Assembly (NCBI GenBank): GCA_017656425.1 | Contig: JACDNV010000006.1 | Coordinates: forward strand, 42,542 to 106,541 | From: Fidelibacterota bacterium | Lineage (GTDB): Bacteria; Fidelibacterota; UBA2242; B5-G15 | Direction of reading: 5' to 3' | DNA: 64,000 nt | In this document: piece after piece, positions 51,323 through 60,691 of the stretch | How positions within the stretch are numbered: the stretch's first letter is position 1 | Layout: every line of letters starts with the position of its first letter | Program-made: the position numbers and the translations under genes | The notes under the pieces: model-generated | Told to the model about the DNA's origin: nothing | Database searches by the model: none | What the model saw: only the letters and a program-made list of their open reading frames with translations

Positions 51323-54300
51323 CTACTTCAGTAACATTAGCTTTTTAACCTTAGTAAATTCACCAGCTACCATTTTGTAGAAGTAAACTCCAGATGGTAA
51401 TCTACCAGCATCAAAAGTAATTCTATAATAACCAGCTTTGTAGTATCCCTTTGCAAGTGTGGCTACCTGTCTTCCCATAATATCGTAGACCACTATCTTC
51501 ACATCAGTATCTTTCGGTAATGTAAATTCGATATTAGTCGTCGGGTTGAATGGGTTCGGATAGTTCTGTTTGAGTTCAAATTCCACTGGTCTATTAGCAA
51601 AATCAGGTCCTATAGCGACTTCTGGAGTATTTGTTGTATCAGCTTTCAGCCCGATAAATTTTATAGCCGCAACTCTACTATTAGTAGTATTTAGTGCGAA
51701 CAGAAAGCTATTTATCGTGTCAGTAACCACATTATTATCATATGCAGATGCTTCAAATATATAGCTATTATCTTTCTTGGATAATTTAATTTTAACACAT
51801 GCATTTCCATCGGCATCTTTACCATAATAAAGTTCGAACTCGTATTTACCTGAATCTCCTATTGCTCCTGCAGGAGATTGAACTGCATCGCTTAAAACAT
51901 AATTGTCCGGACCATTCGTCGATAACCATACATTATTCACTACTGCACCAATCGAACCACTCACACCGGAAGCAAGCCAGTATGGTAATGGATTGTCACC
52001 ACTTGGGGGAATGAACAAATATCCAGTTCCAATTTCTGAACCTGTCCAGTGATAATCAACGAGTTCGCCAGCATCTGAATTGAACAATCCCAATCTCATT
52101 GCATTGTCATTATCAAAACCACCTCCAATAAGTTCCATTTCACCATATACTTTAACTGCTCTACCAGCTTCAGGTATGATAGGTGCATCAAATTCACCCC
52201 TAATAGCTATCCAAGCTGAAGTTTGAACGATAGGATATAAAGTAAAATCTCCAACAAATTCTCCAGGCTGTAATGTCCATTGACCATTACCATTCCTACC
52301 ACCTACAAATCCAATATCTGATAAGTAATGATTAACAAAAGGAGGTAATGGTATTTTTATTGGATCACCCTTATCTACCTTAACCTCGTAAAGTTTTACC
52401 AACTTTGTCTGTGAATCCTTATTGAAACCAAAGCATATTAGATTAAATTTTGTAGTTATCTGTGCTGAATCATAGGCTACGCCGGCAAACCAGTATTTTT
52501 CATTTTCTTCAACAAGATACCAGCGGATTTCATTAATACCGCCAGGTAATGCTTTAACCGAAATCGCGAAATCATACATCCCGGCTATCATTTCTGCATT
52601 ACGTGGTCTTTGCTCAACTTGTGATAGTGCCCATGTTCCAGCACTGTTAGTACTGTACCAACTACCATCAGGCTCTCTCCAAACAACTCCAACTTTGGCA
52701 TAAGCAGGTACCCCTCTCCAGGTATTTGACATAGTTCCCGTTCCAGTTCGAGGTGTGAATAGGTAGGTATCCCAAGTTCCTTCACTAACCCATCTTGCAG
52801 AATCAGTCAGTGCATTCTCTAACTTAGCATCCTCTTGATATGCTAACCCATATCTTATATGGGTATATGCGCTACCACCACCTCCTCCTATGAGCTCAAG
52901 TTTACCAGTTACAATAATTGCCTTCTCCTCACTAATCTCAACAGCTTCGCCAAAACCACCTGCTATAGTTGCCCAGTTTGATGGCGGATTCGTAAGTGTT
53001 GTGTCTCCAAATATTGCATCGCCAACCAGCGTCGTCGAATCATTAAGAATAGCCCAATTCATATCTGCATTCAATCTATCTTTACCCCACAGATCAACAT
53101 AAAATGGTTCCCATGGAGCTTCAGGCACCTCTATAGGATCTCCCATGTCTACTTCAACACCATACAATTTTACCAGCTTTGTCTGTGAATCCTTATTAAA
53201 ACCGAAGCATATCTGGTTAAATTTTGTAGTTATCATCACTGAATCATAGGCTACACCACCAAACCAATATTTATTATTTTCCTCAACAAGATACCAGCGT
53301 ATTTCGTTTATACTATCAGGTAATACTCTAACAGAAATTGCAAAATCATACATTCCTGCAATCATTTCTGCATTACGAGGTGCCTGTAACTGTTGCGATA
53401 AAGCCCACGTTCCAGCGCTATTAGTACTGTACCAACTACCATCAGGCTCTCTCCAGACTACTCCAACTTTGGCATAAGCAGGTACTCCTCTCCAGGTATT
53501 TGACATAGTTCCCATTCCAGTTCGAGGTGTGAATAGGTAACTAAACCAATTCTTGGGGCTTTCCCACTTTGCACTATCGGTATTTTGATACTTCAACACA
53601 GCGCTATCCTGATATGCAACTGCATACCTCATATGGGTATATGCACTACCACCACCTCCTCCTATGAGCTCAAGTTTACCACGAATAATCACAGCTTTAT
53701 CGGTAGTTGCCTGTACTTCGTCAAAACCACCTGCTATGGTTGCCCAGCCTGATGGCGGATTCGTAAGTGTTGTGTCTCCAAATATTACATCACCTCTTGG
53801 CATTTCAGGTACGTTAAGAAGATCCCAATTCGTATCTGCATTCAATCTATCCTTACCCCATTTGTAAACAGGAATAGGAAAAGTCCTAAGAATAAACTCG
53901 ATATCATCAGCATACCAGATTGTAGTAACTCCAGTACCTCCGATATTTCCAGTACCGGCACAATTAATTCCAAAAGCTAAATAGATAGTATCTTCGAGTG
54001 ATGCAAGGTAACCAGGTGACGGATTGGTTAACTTGAAAGCTATCTCTTCCCACTCGGTCGAAGCCTCATTTACATTACGATTATAAGACCCAACCTTTAC
54101 ACTTGAATTATTATAGGCTTGTGCTGTTGGTGAGTCCTGATAGGCTTCTACAATAATATCTTTCCAACCCACATCTCCCTGTTTGAAGAAAAACTTAATT
54201 TTAATCGAATCATAATCTGCAAGTGTTTTGCCTTCTTCCAGTACCACCTTAACTACTGGTGCAGCATTGTAATTGTTAGGCGTGAATTTTAACGCCTTAT

Positions 54301-54481
54301 TACCAGGCTCTCCGGGTAATGTGTCGATTACAGCAGTTTCCCCTGTATTCCAACCAATAACATCAAGCGTATCACCTATTTCGTAATCTTCAAAATCAAT
54401 TACCTGTGCCTGTAATGCTATCCCGCTTAAAAATAGGATACACATTACAAATACGGGCCAAATGTTTCTTTTTTTCTTCAT
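51323..54481 (-). CDS. Large secreted protein with tandem ~257-aa repeats and T9SS C-terminal domain
   Basis: Signal peptide, CBM-like N-terminus, two near-identical domains plus a diverged third; QNYPNPFNP. Confidence 0.85.
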   Translation of the reverse strand: MKKKRNIWPVFVMCILFLSGIALQAQVIDFEDYEIGDTLDVIGWNTGETAVIDTLPGEPGNKALKFTPNNYNAAPVVKVVLEEGKTLADYDSIKIKFFFKQGDVGWKDIIVEAYQDSPTAQAYNNSSVKVGSYNRNVNEASTEWEEIAFKLTNPSPGYLASLEDTIYLAFGINCAGTGNIGGTGVTTIWYADDIEFILRTFPIPVYKWGKDRLNADTNWDLLNVPEMPRGDVIFGDTTLTNPPSGWATIAGGFDEVQATTDKAVIIRGKLELIGGGGGSAYTHMRYAVAYQDSAVLKYQNTDSAKWESPKNWFSYLFTPRTGMGTMSNTWRGVPAYAKVGVVWREPDGSWYSTNSAGTWALSQQLQAPRNAEMIAGMYDFAISVRVLPDSINEIRWYLVEENNKYWFGGVAYDSVMITTKFNQICFGFNKDSQTKLVKLYGVEVDMGDPIEVPEAPWEPFYVDLWGKDRLNADMNWAILNDSTTLVGDAIFGDTTLTNPPSNWATIAGGFGEAVEISEEKAIIVTGKLELIGGGGGSAYTHIRYGLAYQEDAKLENALTDSARWVSEGTWDTYLFTPRTGTGTMSNTWRGVPAYAKVGVVWREPDGSWYSTNSAGTWALSQVEQRPRNAEMIAGMYDFAISVKALPGGINEIRWYLVEENEKYWFAGVAYDSAQITTKFNLICFGFNKDSQTKLVKLYEVKVDKGDPIKIPLPPFVNHYLSDIGFVGGRNGNGQWTLQPGEFVGDFTLYPIVQTSAWIAIRGEFDAPIIPEAGRAVKVYGEMELIGGGFDNDNAMRLGLFNSDAGELVDYHWTGSEIGTGYLFIPPSGDNPLPYWLASGVSGSIGAVVNNVWLSTNGPDNYVLSDAVQSPAGAIGDSGKYEFELYYGKDADGNACVKIKLSKKDNSYIFEASAYDNNVVTDTINSFLFALNTTNSRVAAIKFIGLKADTTNTPEVAIGPDFANRPVEFELKQNYPNPFNPTTNIEFTLPKDTDVKIVVYDIMGRQVATLAKGYYKAGYYRITFDAGRLPSGVYFYKMVAGEFTKVKKLMLLK
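52360..53860 (-). repeat. Intragenic tandem duplication with a period of about 771 bp
   Basis: Long identical blocks, e.g. ttagtactgtaccaactaccatcaggctctctcca near 52647 and 53421, and cattcaatctatc near 53069 and 53839. Confidence 0.92.
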
Positions 54482-54501
54482 TTTACCCTCCATACTATTA
54501 T

Positions 54502-56403
54502 TTATTTAATTAATAATAATTTTCTTGTTAGCATTATGCCATCTGTTTCTAAACGATAAATATATACTCCACTTGGTAAGTCTTTACCATCAAATACTAC
54601 TTTATAATTACCTTTCTGCTTGAATTCACTGACTATAGTTGTAACCTCTTTTCCAATCATATTATAAACTTTTAGTTTAACAAAACCTGCCTTGGGAAGA
54701 TAATATTCAATAGTTGTAACGGGATTGAATGGATTTGGATAATTCTGTTTTAATTCATAGGATTTTAACGCAATTTCATTAATATCTTTTATTGCATTAC
54801 CTTGACTATCAGGATGTACTCCGGTTACCAACCATGTCCATATCTTTTCTCTTTCCTGATCAGCCTGCTGCAACCACTGCGAATAATAATCCTCAGCCCC
54901 TTCCCTTAAATCTGGGTTCCACCAATTATACAAATCTCCTAATGGGAATCCACCCATAGCATAGGACTTAAGCAGTTCATTTGTATATGCAAGGTTTTCT
55001 GGTAAAGGCCATTCCTGATTTTTACCAGCTTCAGGTTTATAATCCCACATGTAATCAGCATTGGTTGACCATTTTTGTTCAAGAAATAATTTTAGACTAT
55101 CGAGGTCAAGTGGTGGTTCAAAAAAGCCCGGATTTAAAGTTTCTGTCAAGGTTTGAGGATCGGAGGTAATATCTAGATTATTTGCCCTGTTTATATAGGG
55201 AAAAGCTTTCACAACTTCACCAGTTGCAGAATCCACAATTGTTGAATCACAGAAATCCTTTGTCCAGCTATCCAGCATTGGCCTTGGATAAGGAATTTCA
55301 TCAAATCTCCTTTCTCTATATAAACCTTGAACATAAGGACAGCCTACATCCATTATTCTACTACTCGGCTTCCACTCAGCGTCTTTAGTCCAGCCTCCTC
55401 TCATCCAATCTACTAACCAGCTGTCAACATAATAAGCGTTATGTGCTATTAGAATATGTCTATCCTTGTCACTAAAAGGAACTTTAAAATCAATTGAGTC
55501 AGCAGGTGTAATTGACATTATAGCACCTGAAGGATCCTCTCCTTGAGCTGGAATAAAACCCAGCATATAAGCATTTACAAATAATGAATTTGTAACATTT
55601 GCCCAGTAATATACACCACCTTCAAGGGAAAACATAACAACATTATAAAATGTACAGTGATTAAAATATACTGTATCTGCATAGTTATTCATCTCCTGCA
55701 TATAAACATATCCCATATTGGCAAAAGTACAATTTTCAAAGGATACATAGTCTGTATGATAGTCCGGCACGTCATAAGGAAACGATACCGCGCGCCCATA
55801 ATACATATAATGCTTATCTACACAATTACGAAAATAACAATTTTTAAGTTCAAGATGTAAATGTACCGCTCGAACACAGATACTTCCAGAAGCTGTTACT
55901 GCAGGACATGGCATCCACTCAAAAACACATCCTTCGAAATAACCATACTGTTGTGTTGTATCCGTTGCATCCTGATCGAAAACTATAGGTGTTCCAGTTT
56001 GAACTCCATCTATATCTGCATACCTTACCCATATATTCTTCATAATGAGATGACCGAATACTCTTATATGAAATTCTTTAGTAACAGCACCACTTGCAGT
56101 CCATAAAATTTGAGGTGGTGCAGTTTCCTGTGTATTACCAGGAGGTGGAGCAACTAACTCTAAGGTCTCTCCTTCGGGAACTTCTATAGTAGCTGTCAAG
56201 ACATATTGTTCATAGGGTTTTAATCTAAAGACTGTATTGGATAATGTTCCATTATTTATAGCTTCCTGTACTGCTTCATTCAATGTTCCTTCTTGCCCAC
56301 CTGATTCCCAGTATCCAGGTACATCTACAGTATCTTTTTGTTGCCCAAATAATAATGGAAATGTAACAACAAAAATAATTAAACTTAAGATAATTTTTTT
56401 CAT
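54502..56403 (-). CDS. Secreted beta-helix-like protein with T9SS C-terminal domain, paralogous to 41741-43474
   Basis: FNHCTFYN, TNSLFVN, GFPLGDLYNW, QNYPNPFNP; directly downstream of a TonB receptor. Confidence 0.8.
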   Translation of the reverse strand: MKKIILSLIIFVVTFPLLFGQQKDTVDVPGYWESGGQEGTLNEAVQEAINNGTLSNTVFRLKPYEQYVLTATIEVPEGETLELVAPPPGNTQETAPPQILWTASGAVTKEFHIRVFGHLIMKNIWVRYADIDGVQTGTPIVFDQDATDTTQQYGYFEGCVFEWMPCPAVTASGSICVRAVHLHLELKNCYFRNCVDKHYMYYGRAVSFPYDVPDYHTDYVSFENCTFANMGYVYMQEMNNYADTVYFNHCTFYNVVMFSLEGGVYYWANVTNSLFVNAYMLGFIPAQGEDPSGAIMSITPADSIDFKVPFSDKDRHILIAHNAYYVDSWLVDWMRGGWTKDAEWKPSSRIMDVGCPYVQGLYRERRFDEIPYPRPMLDSWTKDFCDSTIVDSATGEVVKAFPYINRANNLDITSDPQTLTETLNPGFFEPPLDLDSLKLFLEQKWSTNADYMWDYKPEAGKNQEWPLPENLAYTNELLKSYAMGGFPLGDLYNWWNPDLREGAEDYYSQWLQQADQEREKIWTWLVTGVHPDSQGNAIKDINEIALKSYELKQNYPNPFNPVTTIEYYLPKAGFVKLKVYNMIGKEVTTIVSEFKQKGNYKVVFDGKDLPSGVYIYRLETDGIMLTRKLLLIK

Positions 56404-56422
56404 CCTTTCCTCCACTTATTAT

Positions 56423-59400
56423 TTAAAATCTAAACCTTATACCTGCATTCGCGACCATACCATAGTATTTCATATTTGTAAATCCATCAATGGTTATCTG
56501 AGCAGATTCATTTATTTCATTATTGAGATTTGTTACATCGAGATATATTTCAGATTTCCATACCGGTAATTTCTGCCTTACAGATAGATCAATTTTAAAA
56601 TAATCCCTTGTATATCCATCCTGTTCTGGGTACGAACCAACATAACTTGCCATATCGCCCTGATAATTAAATGACAATCTAATAGAAAATCCTTTATGAT
56701 CATAACCAACGTAAGCATTCAGAATATCATCAGGTTGATATATAAGCCTTCCTGTACGAGTACTATCAACAACGAATGTCTCCGTTTGTCGTGGACCAAC
56801 AATCACAGTTTTATCTTCTCTTAATGGATATTTAGTCTCTGATTTTATTTTTGCATAATTTATACCAAACACCACACCTTTCATTAATCCAGGCATAAAC
56901 CATAACCTTGTTTGGAAATCAAATTCGATTCCCTTAACATATGCTGGCCAGATACCATTAATATATGTAGACACTGTAGCTTTTCGTTCAGGTTTGTACA
57001 CACTTACTGTACCATCTTTATTCACAATAACGATCTGAAAATCGTCTATTGTTTTGATTGTTTCATACTTTTTTACATCATATAATCTATAGTTCGTATG
57101 ATATATAAAATCTTTTATCTTTTTATAAAAAGCGCCAATCGTTAGAAGCCCCAGCCTGTTTCCGTGAAATGCTATTGCAAAATCATGATTAAAAGATTGG
57201 CCCGGTTTTAAATCAGGATTACCAGCCCATACATAGTTTCTTGGATTATTAAAACTTATCTTGGGCGACATCTGATGGTATGCAGGACGTGCCAGACTTT
57301 TAGTATATGCATATCTAATATCCATCCAGTCAAACGGAGAAATCTTTATAGAAACCGCTGGCAGTAAGTACTCATTTGGATTTCTTGTTTCAACTGTATC
57401 TACCGCCTGGTTCTCTGGATTTCGCATGTCAAACATATTATACACCGTATAATTATTTATTGTCTTTTCATATCGAGCACCGCCAATAAATTTAATTTTC
57501 CATAAATTTATCTCAGTCATCAGATACCCGGCATAATATTCCTCACTAAAAATGTAATCATTAGCTGATTGCTGGAATAGCCCATTATACCAGCCTCCTG
57601 TCTCATCAGGACCGCCAGTGGCTTTACCAGCCCATCTTGGATCACTATTTAAATATTCTGCTATTTTAAGAAGAAGGTCTGAATCGGGCACCCAGTGCAT
57701 TCTCCCAAATCTATCATTTAAGAACGGTTCCATCAATTCTGCATCACCCATAAAATTTGTCCCTGGATACCTTGCAACCTGAGGATCTACAAAAAGATTA
57801 AATCTTGCAGCAACCGTATCAAGCATACGCTGTTGATAATTCCCAGAATATTGCATACCAGCATAGGGTGCTTCCTGATCATTTATAATCTCTTTAAAGA
57901 AATATTCACCTCCGAATTTTACATAACCAGAAATGAAACTACCTATTTTATATGGTACTTTCAAAAATGATTTAACAGATTTCTTAGATTCTTTATATAA
58001 TGTAGACCATAATTGTATGGTATTTAAATATATCGAATCGGGTCCCGGATAAATCCAGTTGACCTTTAATGACTCTGGTTTAGTATTTTCAGGTACTTTA
58101 CCGACACCCTTATACGCAACACCTGATCTGAAAGAAACATACGGAGATTCAGGTAAATTATTCTTTGACATTGTATTTGCTAACTTCAAATTAAAAATTA
58201 CACCATTAAAGTCATTATTAAATTCAAGTGAGTTTAATAATATATCGATATTATTTGATCCTTCCCTCATATTGAATCCAATTAACCTATCATTATAATT
58301 CAGTACAGTCCTGTAATCCTCAAAGTCAGAATTACGGCGAGCATAAAGGTTTAACATTTTTATGTATCCATATGGCAATCTGTAATCCAATATTAAGTTT
58401 GCTCCATAACGTTCCCTTGTTTCTACATGCCTATTCAAAGTTACATTAGTAACCCTTACAGGCCGATAACCGGTTAATGTATCAATTTCTACACTTGTGG
58501 TTATATAACCAGCATTCATAATATCAGCATCTCTATCGTATTTTTCCATATTCCCGAGTAAATAAAAACCCAATCTTTCATTAAAAATTCTATTGCTTAC
58601 AGAGACAACAAACCTATAGTTACCGTAATTATTTGTCATATAGGTATATCCAGACTGACCTAATATATCATACCTGAATCCTGAGGGTGCTTCCCTGAGT
58701 TGCATCTCAACTGTACCGCCAACAGTATTAGCATTCATATCAGGTGTTATAGACTTATAAACCGATATAGATTTAATCATATAAGGAGAAATCATGCTCA
58801 AATCTACACTTCTATCAGTATTAACGTGACCAGCTCCACCTGCTATTGCTGTTACTCCCATTTGGGTACTTCCCGTAGATGTTAATCTAACGCCTTCAAC
58901 TGAAACCGAATTATACTGGGGCGCTATACCTCTGATGACCACCTTATTTGCTTCTCCTGAGCTTTCGAGTGTGGATACGCCGGGTAACCTACTCAGGGCC
59001 TGAGCAGCATTAAAATCTGGCAATTCCTGAAGCCTGGCTTCTGAAACAACATTTGCTATTTTATCTGATGCCAACTGCTGACTTATAGCTTGTACCTGTC
59101 CCAAAGCCTGTGCGGTTACTACCACTTCTTTACCCCTTACTGTAATAGGACTAAGACCAAAATCTTGTGTTACTGATCCTGTTGTAGGAACTTTAACTTT
59201 GATTGTACGTGTTTCATATCCTATATATGAAACTACAACTTCATATTCTCCTTCCGGAACATTTTGTATGTAAAAATTTCCATCTAAATCTGAAGCAGCT
59301 CCAAAGTTAGTACCTTTCAAATAAATATTAGCAGCTGGCAGGGGTTTTTCACTGTTTTTATCATATACTTTACCCTTTAAAACACCAGCATTAATACTAT

Positions 59401-59464
59401 TAAATGTAAATAATATTAAAAATGAAAAGATTAATACTCTAATCCTCTTAATATTAGAGTTCAT
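56423..59464 (-). CDS. TonB-dependent receptor
   Basis: ELPDFNAAQALSRLPG, GNPDLKP, C-terminal F; paralogue of 43513-46560. Confidence 0.92.
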   Translation of the reverse strand: MNSNIKRIRVLIFSFLILFTFNSINAGVLKGKVYDKNSEKPLPAANIYLKGTNFGAASDLDGNFYIQNVPEGEYEVVVSYIGYETRTIKVKVPTTGSVTQDFGLSPITVRGKEVVVTAQALGQVQAISQQLASDKIANVVSEARLQELPDFNAAQALSRLPGVSTLESSGEANKVVIRGIAPQYNSVSVEGVRLTSTGSTQMGVTAIAGGAGHVNTDRSVDLSMISPYMIKSISVYKSITPDMNANTVGGTVEMQLREAPSGFRYDILGQSGYTYMTNNYGNYRFVVSVSNRIFNERLGFYLLGNMEKYDRDADIMNAGYITTSVEIDTLTGYRPVRVTNVTLNRHVETRERYGANLILDYRLPYGYIKMLNLYARRNSDFEDYRTVLNYNDRLIGFNMREGSNNIDILLNSLEFNNDFNGVIFNLKLANTMSKNNLPESPYVSFRSGVAYKGVGKVPENTKPESLKVNWIYPGPDSIYLNTIQLWSTLYKESKKSVKSFLKVPYKIGSFISGYVKFGGEYFFKEIINDQEAPYAGMQYSGNYQQRMLDTVAARFNLFVDPQVARYPGTNFMGDAELMEPFLNDRFGRMHWVPDSDLLLKIAEYLNSDPRWAGKATGGPDETGGWYNGLFQQSANDYIFSEEYYAGYLMTEINLWKIKFIGGARYEKTINNYTVYNMFDMRNPENQAVDTVETRNPNEYLLPAVSIKISPFDWMDIRYAYTKSLARPAYHQMSPKISFNNPRNYVWAGNPDLKPGQSFNHDFAIAFHGNRLGLLTIGAFYKKIKDFIYHTNYRLYDVKKYETIKTIDDFQIVIVNKDGTVSVYKPERKATVSTYINGIWPAYVKGIEFDFQTRLWFMPGLMKGVVFGINYAKIKSETKYPLREDKTVIVGPRQTETFVVDSTRTGRLIYQPDDILNAYVGYDHKGFSIRLSFNYQGDMASYVGSYPEQDGYTRDYFKIDLSVRQKLPVWKSEIYLDVTNLNNEINESAQITIDGFTNMKYYGMVANAGIRFRF

Positions 59465-59645
59465 ATCTTTTATCTCCCTTTGTTAACATAGACCTCTCAT
59501 CCCCTCAAATAAAAGCAAGACAATAACGATATAAAAGAAGTTATCAAATAATTCCAGCAAATATATTCATTTTTACCCATTTAAATAACCCTCATCTTTT
59601 ATAATATATATTTTATATACTAATTATGCAATATCTATATACAAT

Positions 59646-60677
59646 TTATTTATAATTTTTTACCGCATCGATAAATGCACTAATATTTTCACTTGATACC
59701 CCAGGAGGCATTCCACCACCACAAGAAAGTATAACTCTCGATCGATCCTTCAGCGAATTCATCAAATCTACTACAGCTTTTTTTACATCTTCTGGTTTAC
59801 CCTGTGCCAGTACGTCACGAGGTGGTATATTACCCAGGAGTGTAACCATATTGCCTGTCAGCTCTTTCAACTCATTTAATGTTATGTCGAAACCCATATT
59901 AAAAAGATTAACCCCAATCTCGGGCAAGTACTTAGCACTGACTTTACATGGTGCGTCATTGTGTAAAAATTTCACTGATACATCAACATCAAACAACTCC
60001 TTTAAATAAGGCAATGCAAACTCTTTAAAATGATCTTCGCCAATAAAACCAATTATATCATCAAGAATGAGTATACCATCAATTGTTGGGAATGTTTCTC
60101 TTTGAAATTTGTGCCAGTTCTTCAAAAAAATTGTAACTTTTTTTAATAAATCATGTACCTCATCAGGATTAGTCATAATTGCTGTCAAAAATTCTGTCAT
60201 TCCCATAATATAGGAAGCTACATTCAAAGGTCCACGGCTCACAGAGAACCTGATTTTATGTCCTGTTTCTTCGATTTTATTTTTATACATTTTTAAACGG
60301 TTGATCATAAATGGCAATAGCCCATCAGTTGTAACCTCAGGAATATTCAGGTTTCTGATCTCATCAATAGATTTTACGACCTTATGGGCGTGGGGAAAAC
60401 CATTTTCAGTAAACACACACCTTGCGCCAAATGCGGATGGCTCCGTACACATTCCGAATTCCGACCAAAATCCAGGGAAAAACATAATATCAGGAAAACT
60501 TGTTACTGCTTTAAGGTTTGCCTGAAACCACAGTTCAGGTGATGTAAAATAGTCAAGAATGGTTATACCATACCACCCGGGAAGCCATGGACAGTCTATA
60601 ATAAAACCTATAGGCATAGGTTCTATCAGTTCCCCATTTATTACATCTAATAATACTTGCCATTGTTTATCAGTCAT
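59646..60677 (-). CDS. Uroporphyrinogen decarboxylase / MtaA-CmuA methyltransferase family protein
   Basis: EPSAFG, RGPLNVA, LHND, LLGNIPP..VL..G.PEDV, ILSCGGG.PPG...ENI. Confidence 0.8.
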   Translation of the reverse strand: MTDKQWQVLLDVINGELIEPMPIGFIIDCPWLPGWYGITILDYFTSPELWFQANLKAVTSFPDIMFFPGFWSEFGMCTEPSAFGARCVFTENGFPHAHKVVKSIDEIRNLNIPEVTTDGLLPFMINRLKMYKNKIEETGHKIRFSVSRGPLNVASYIMGMTEFLTAIMTNPDEVHDLLKKVTIFLKNWHKFQRETFPTIDGILILDDIIGFIGEDHFKEFALPYLKELFDVDVSVKFLHNDAPCKVSAKYLPEIGVNLFNMGFDITLNELKELTGNMVTLLGNIPPRDVLAQGKPEDVKKAVVDLMNSLKDRSRVILSCGGGMPPGVSSENISAFIDAVKNYK

Positions 60678-60691
60678 ATCTATACCCCCTT

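Noticed and set aside
52360..53860. DGR template/variable repeat pair
   Set aside because: Both copies are in-frame domains of one gene, the differences are not adenine-specific, and there is no RT.
59498..59580. 27-aa leader peptide upstream of the TonB receptor
   Set aside because: It has an RBS-like sequence but no attenuator structure or informative codon bias; insufficient support.
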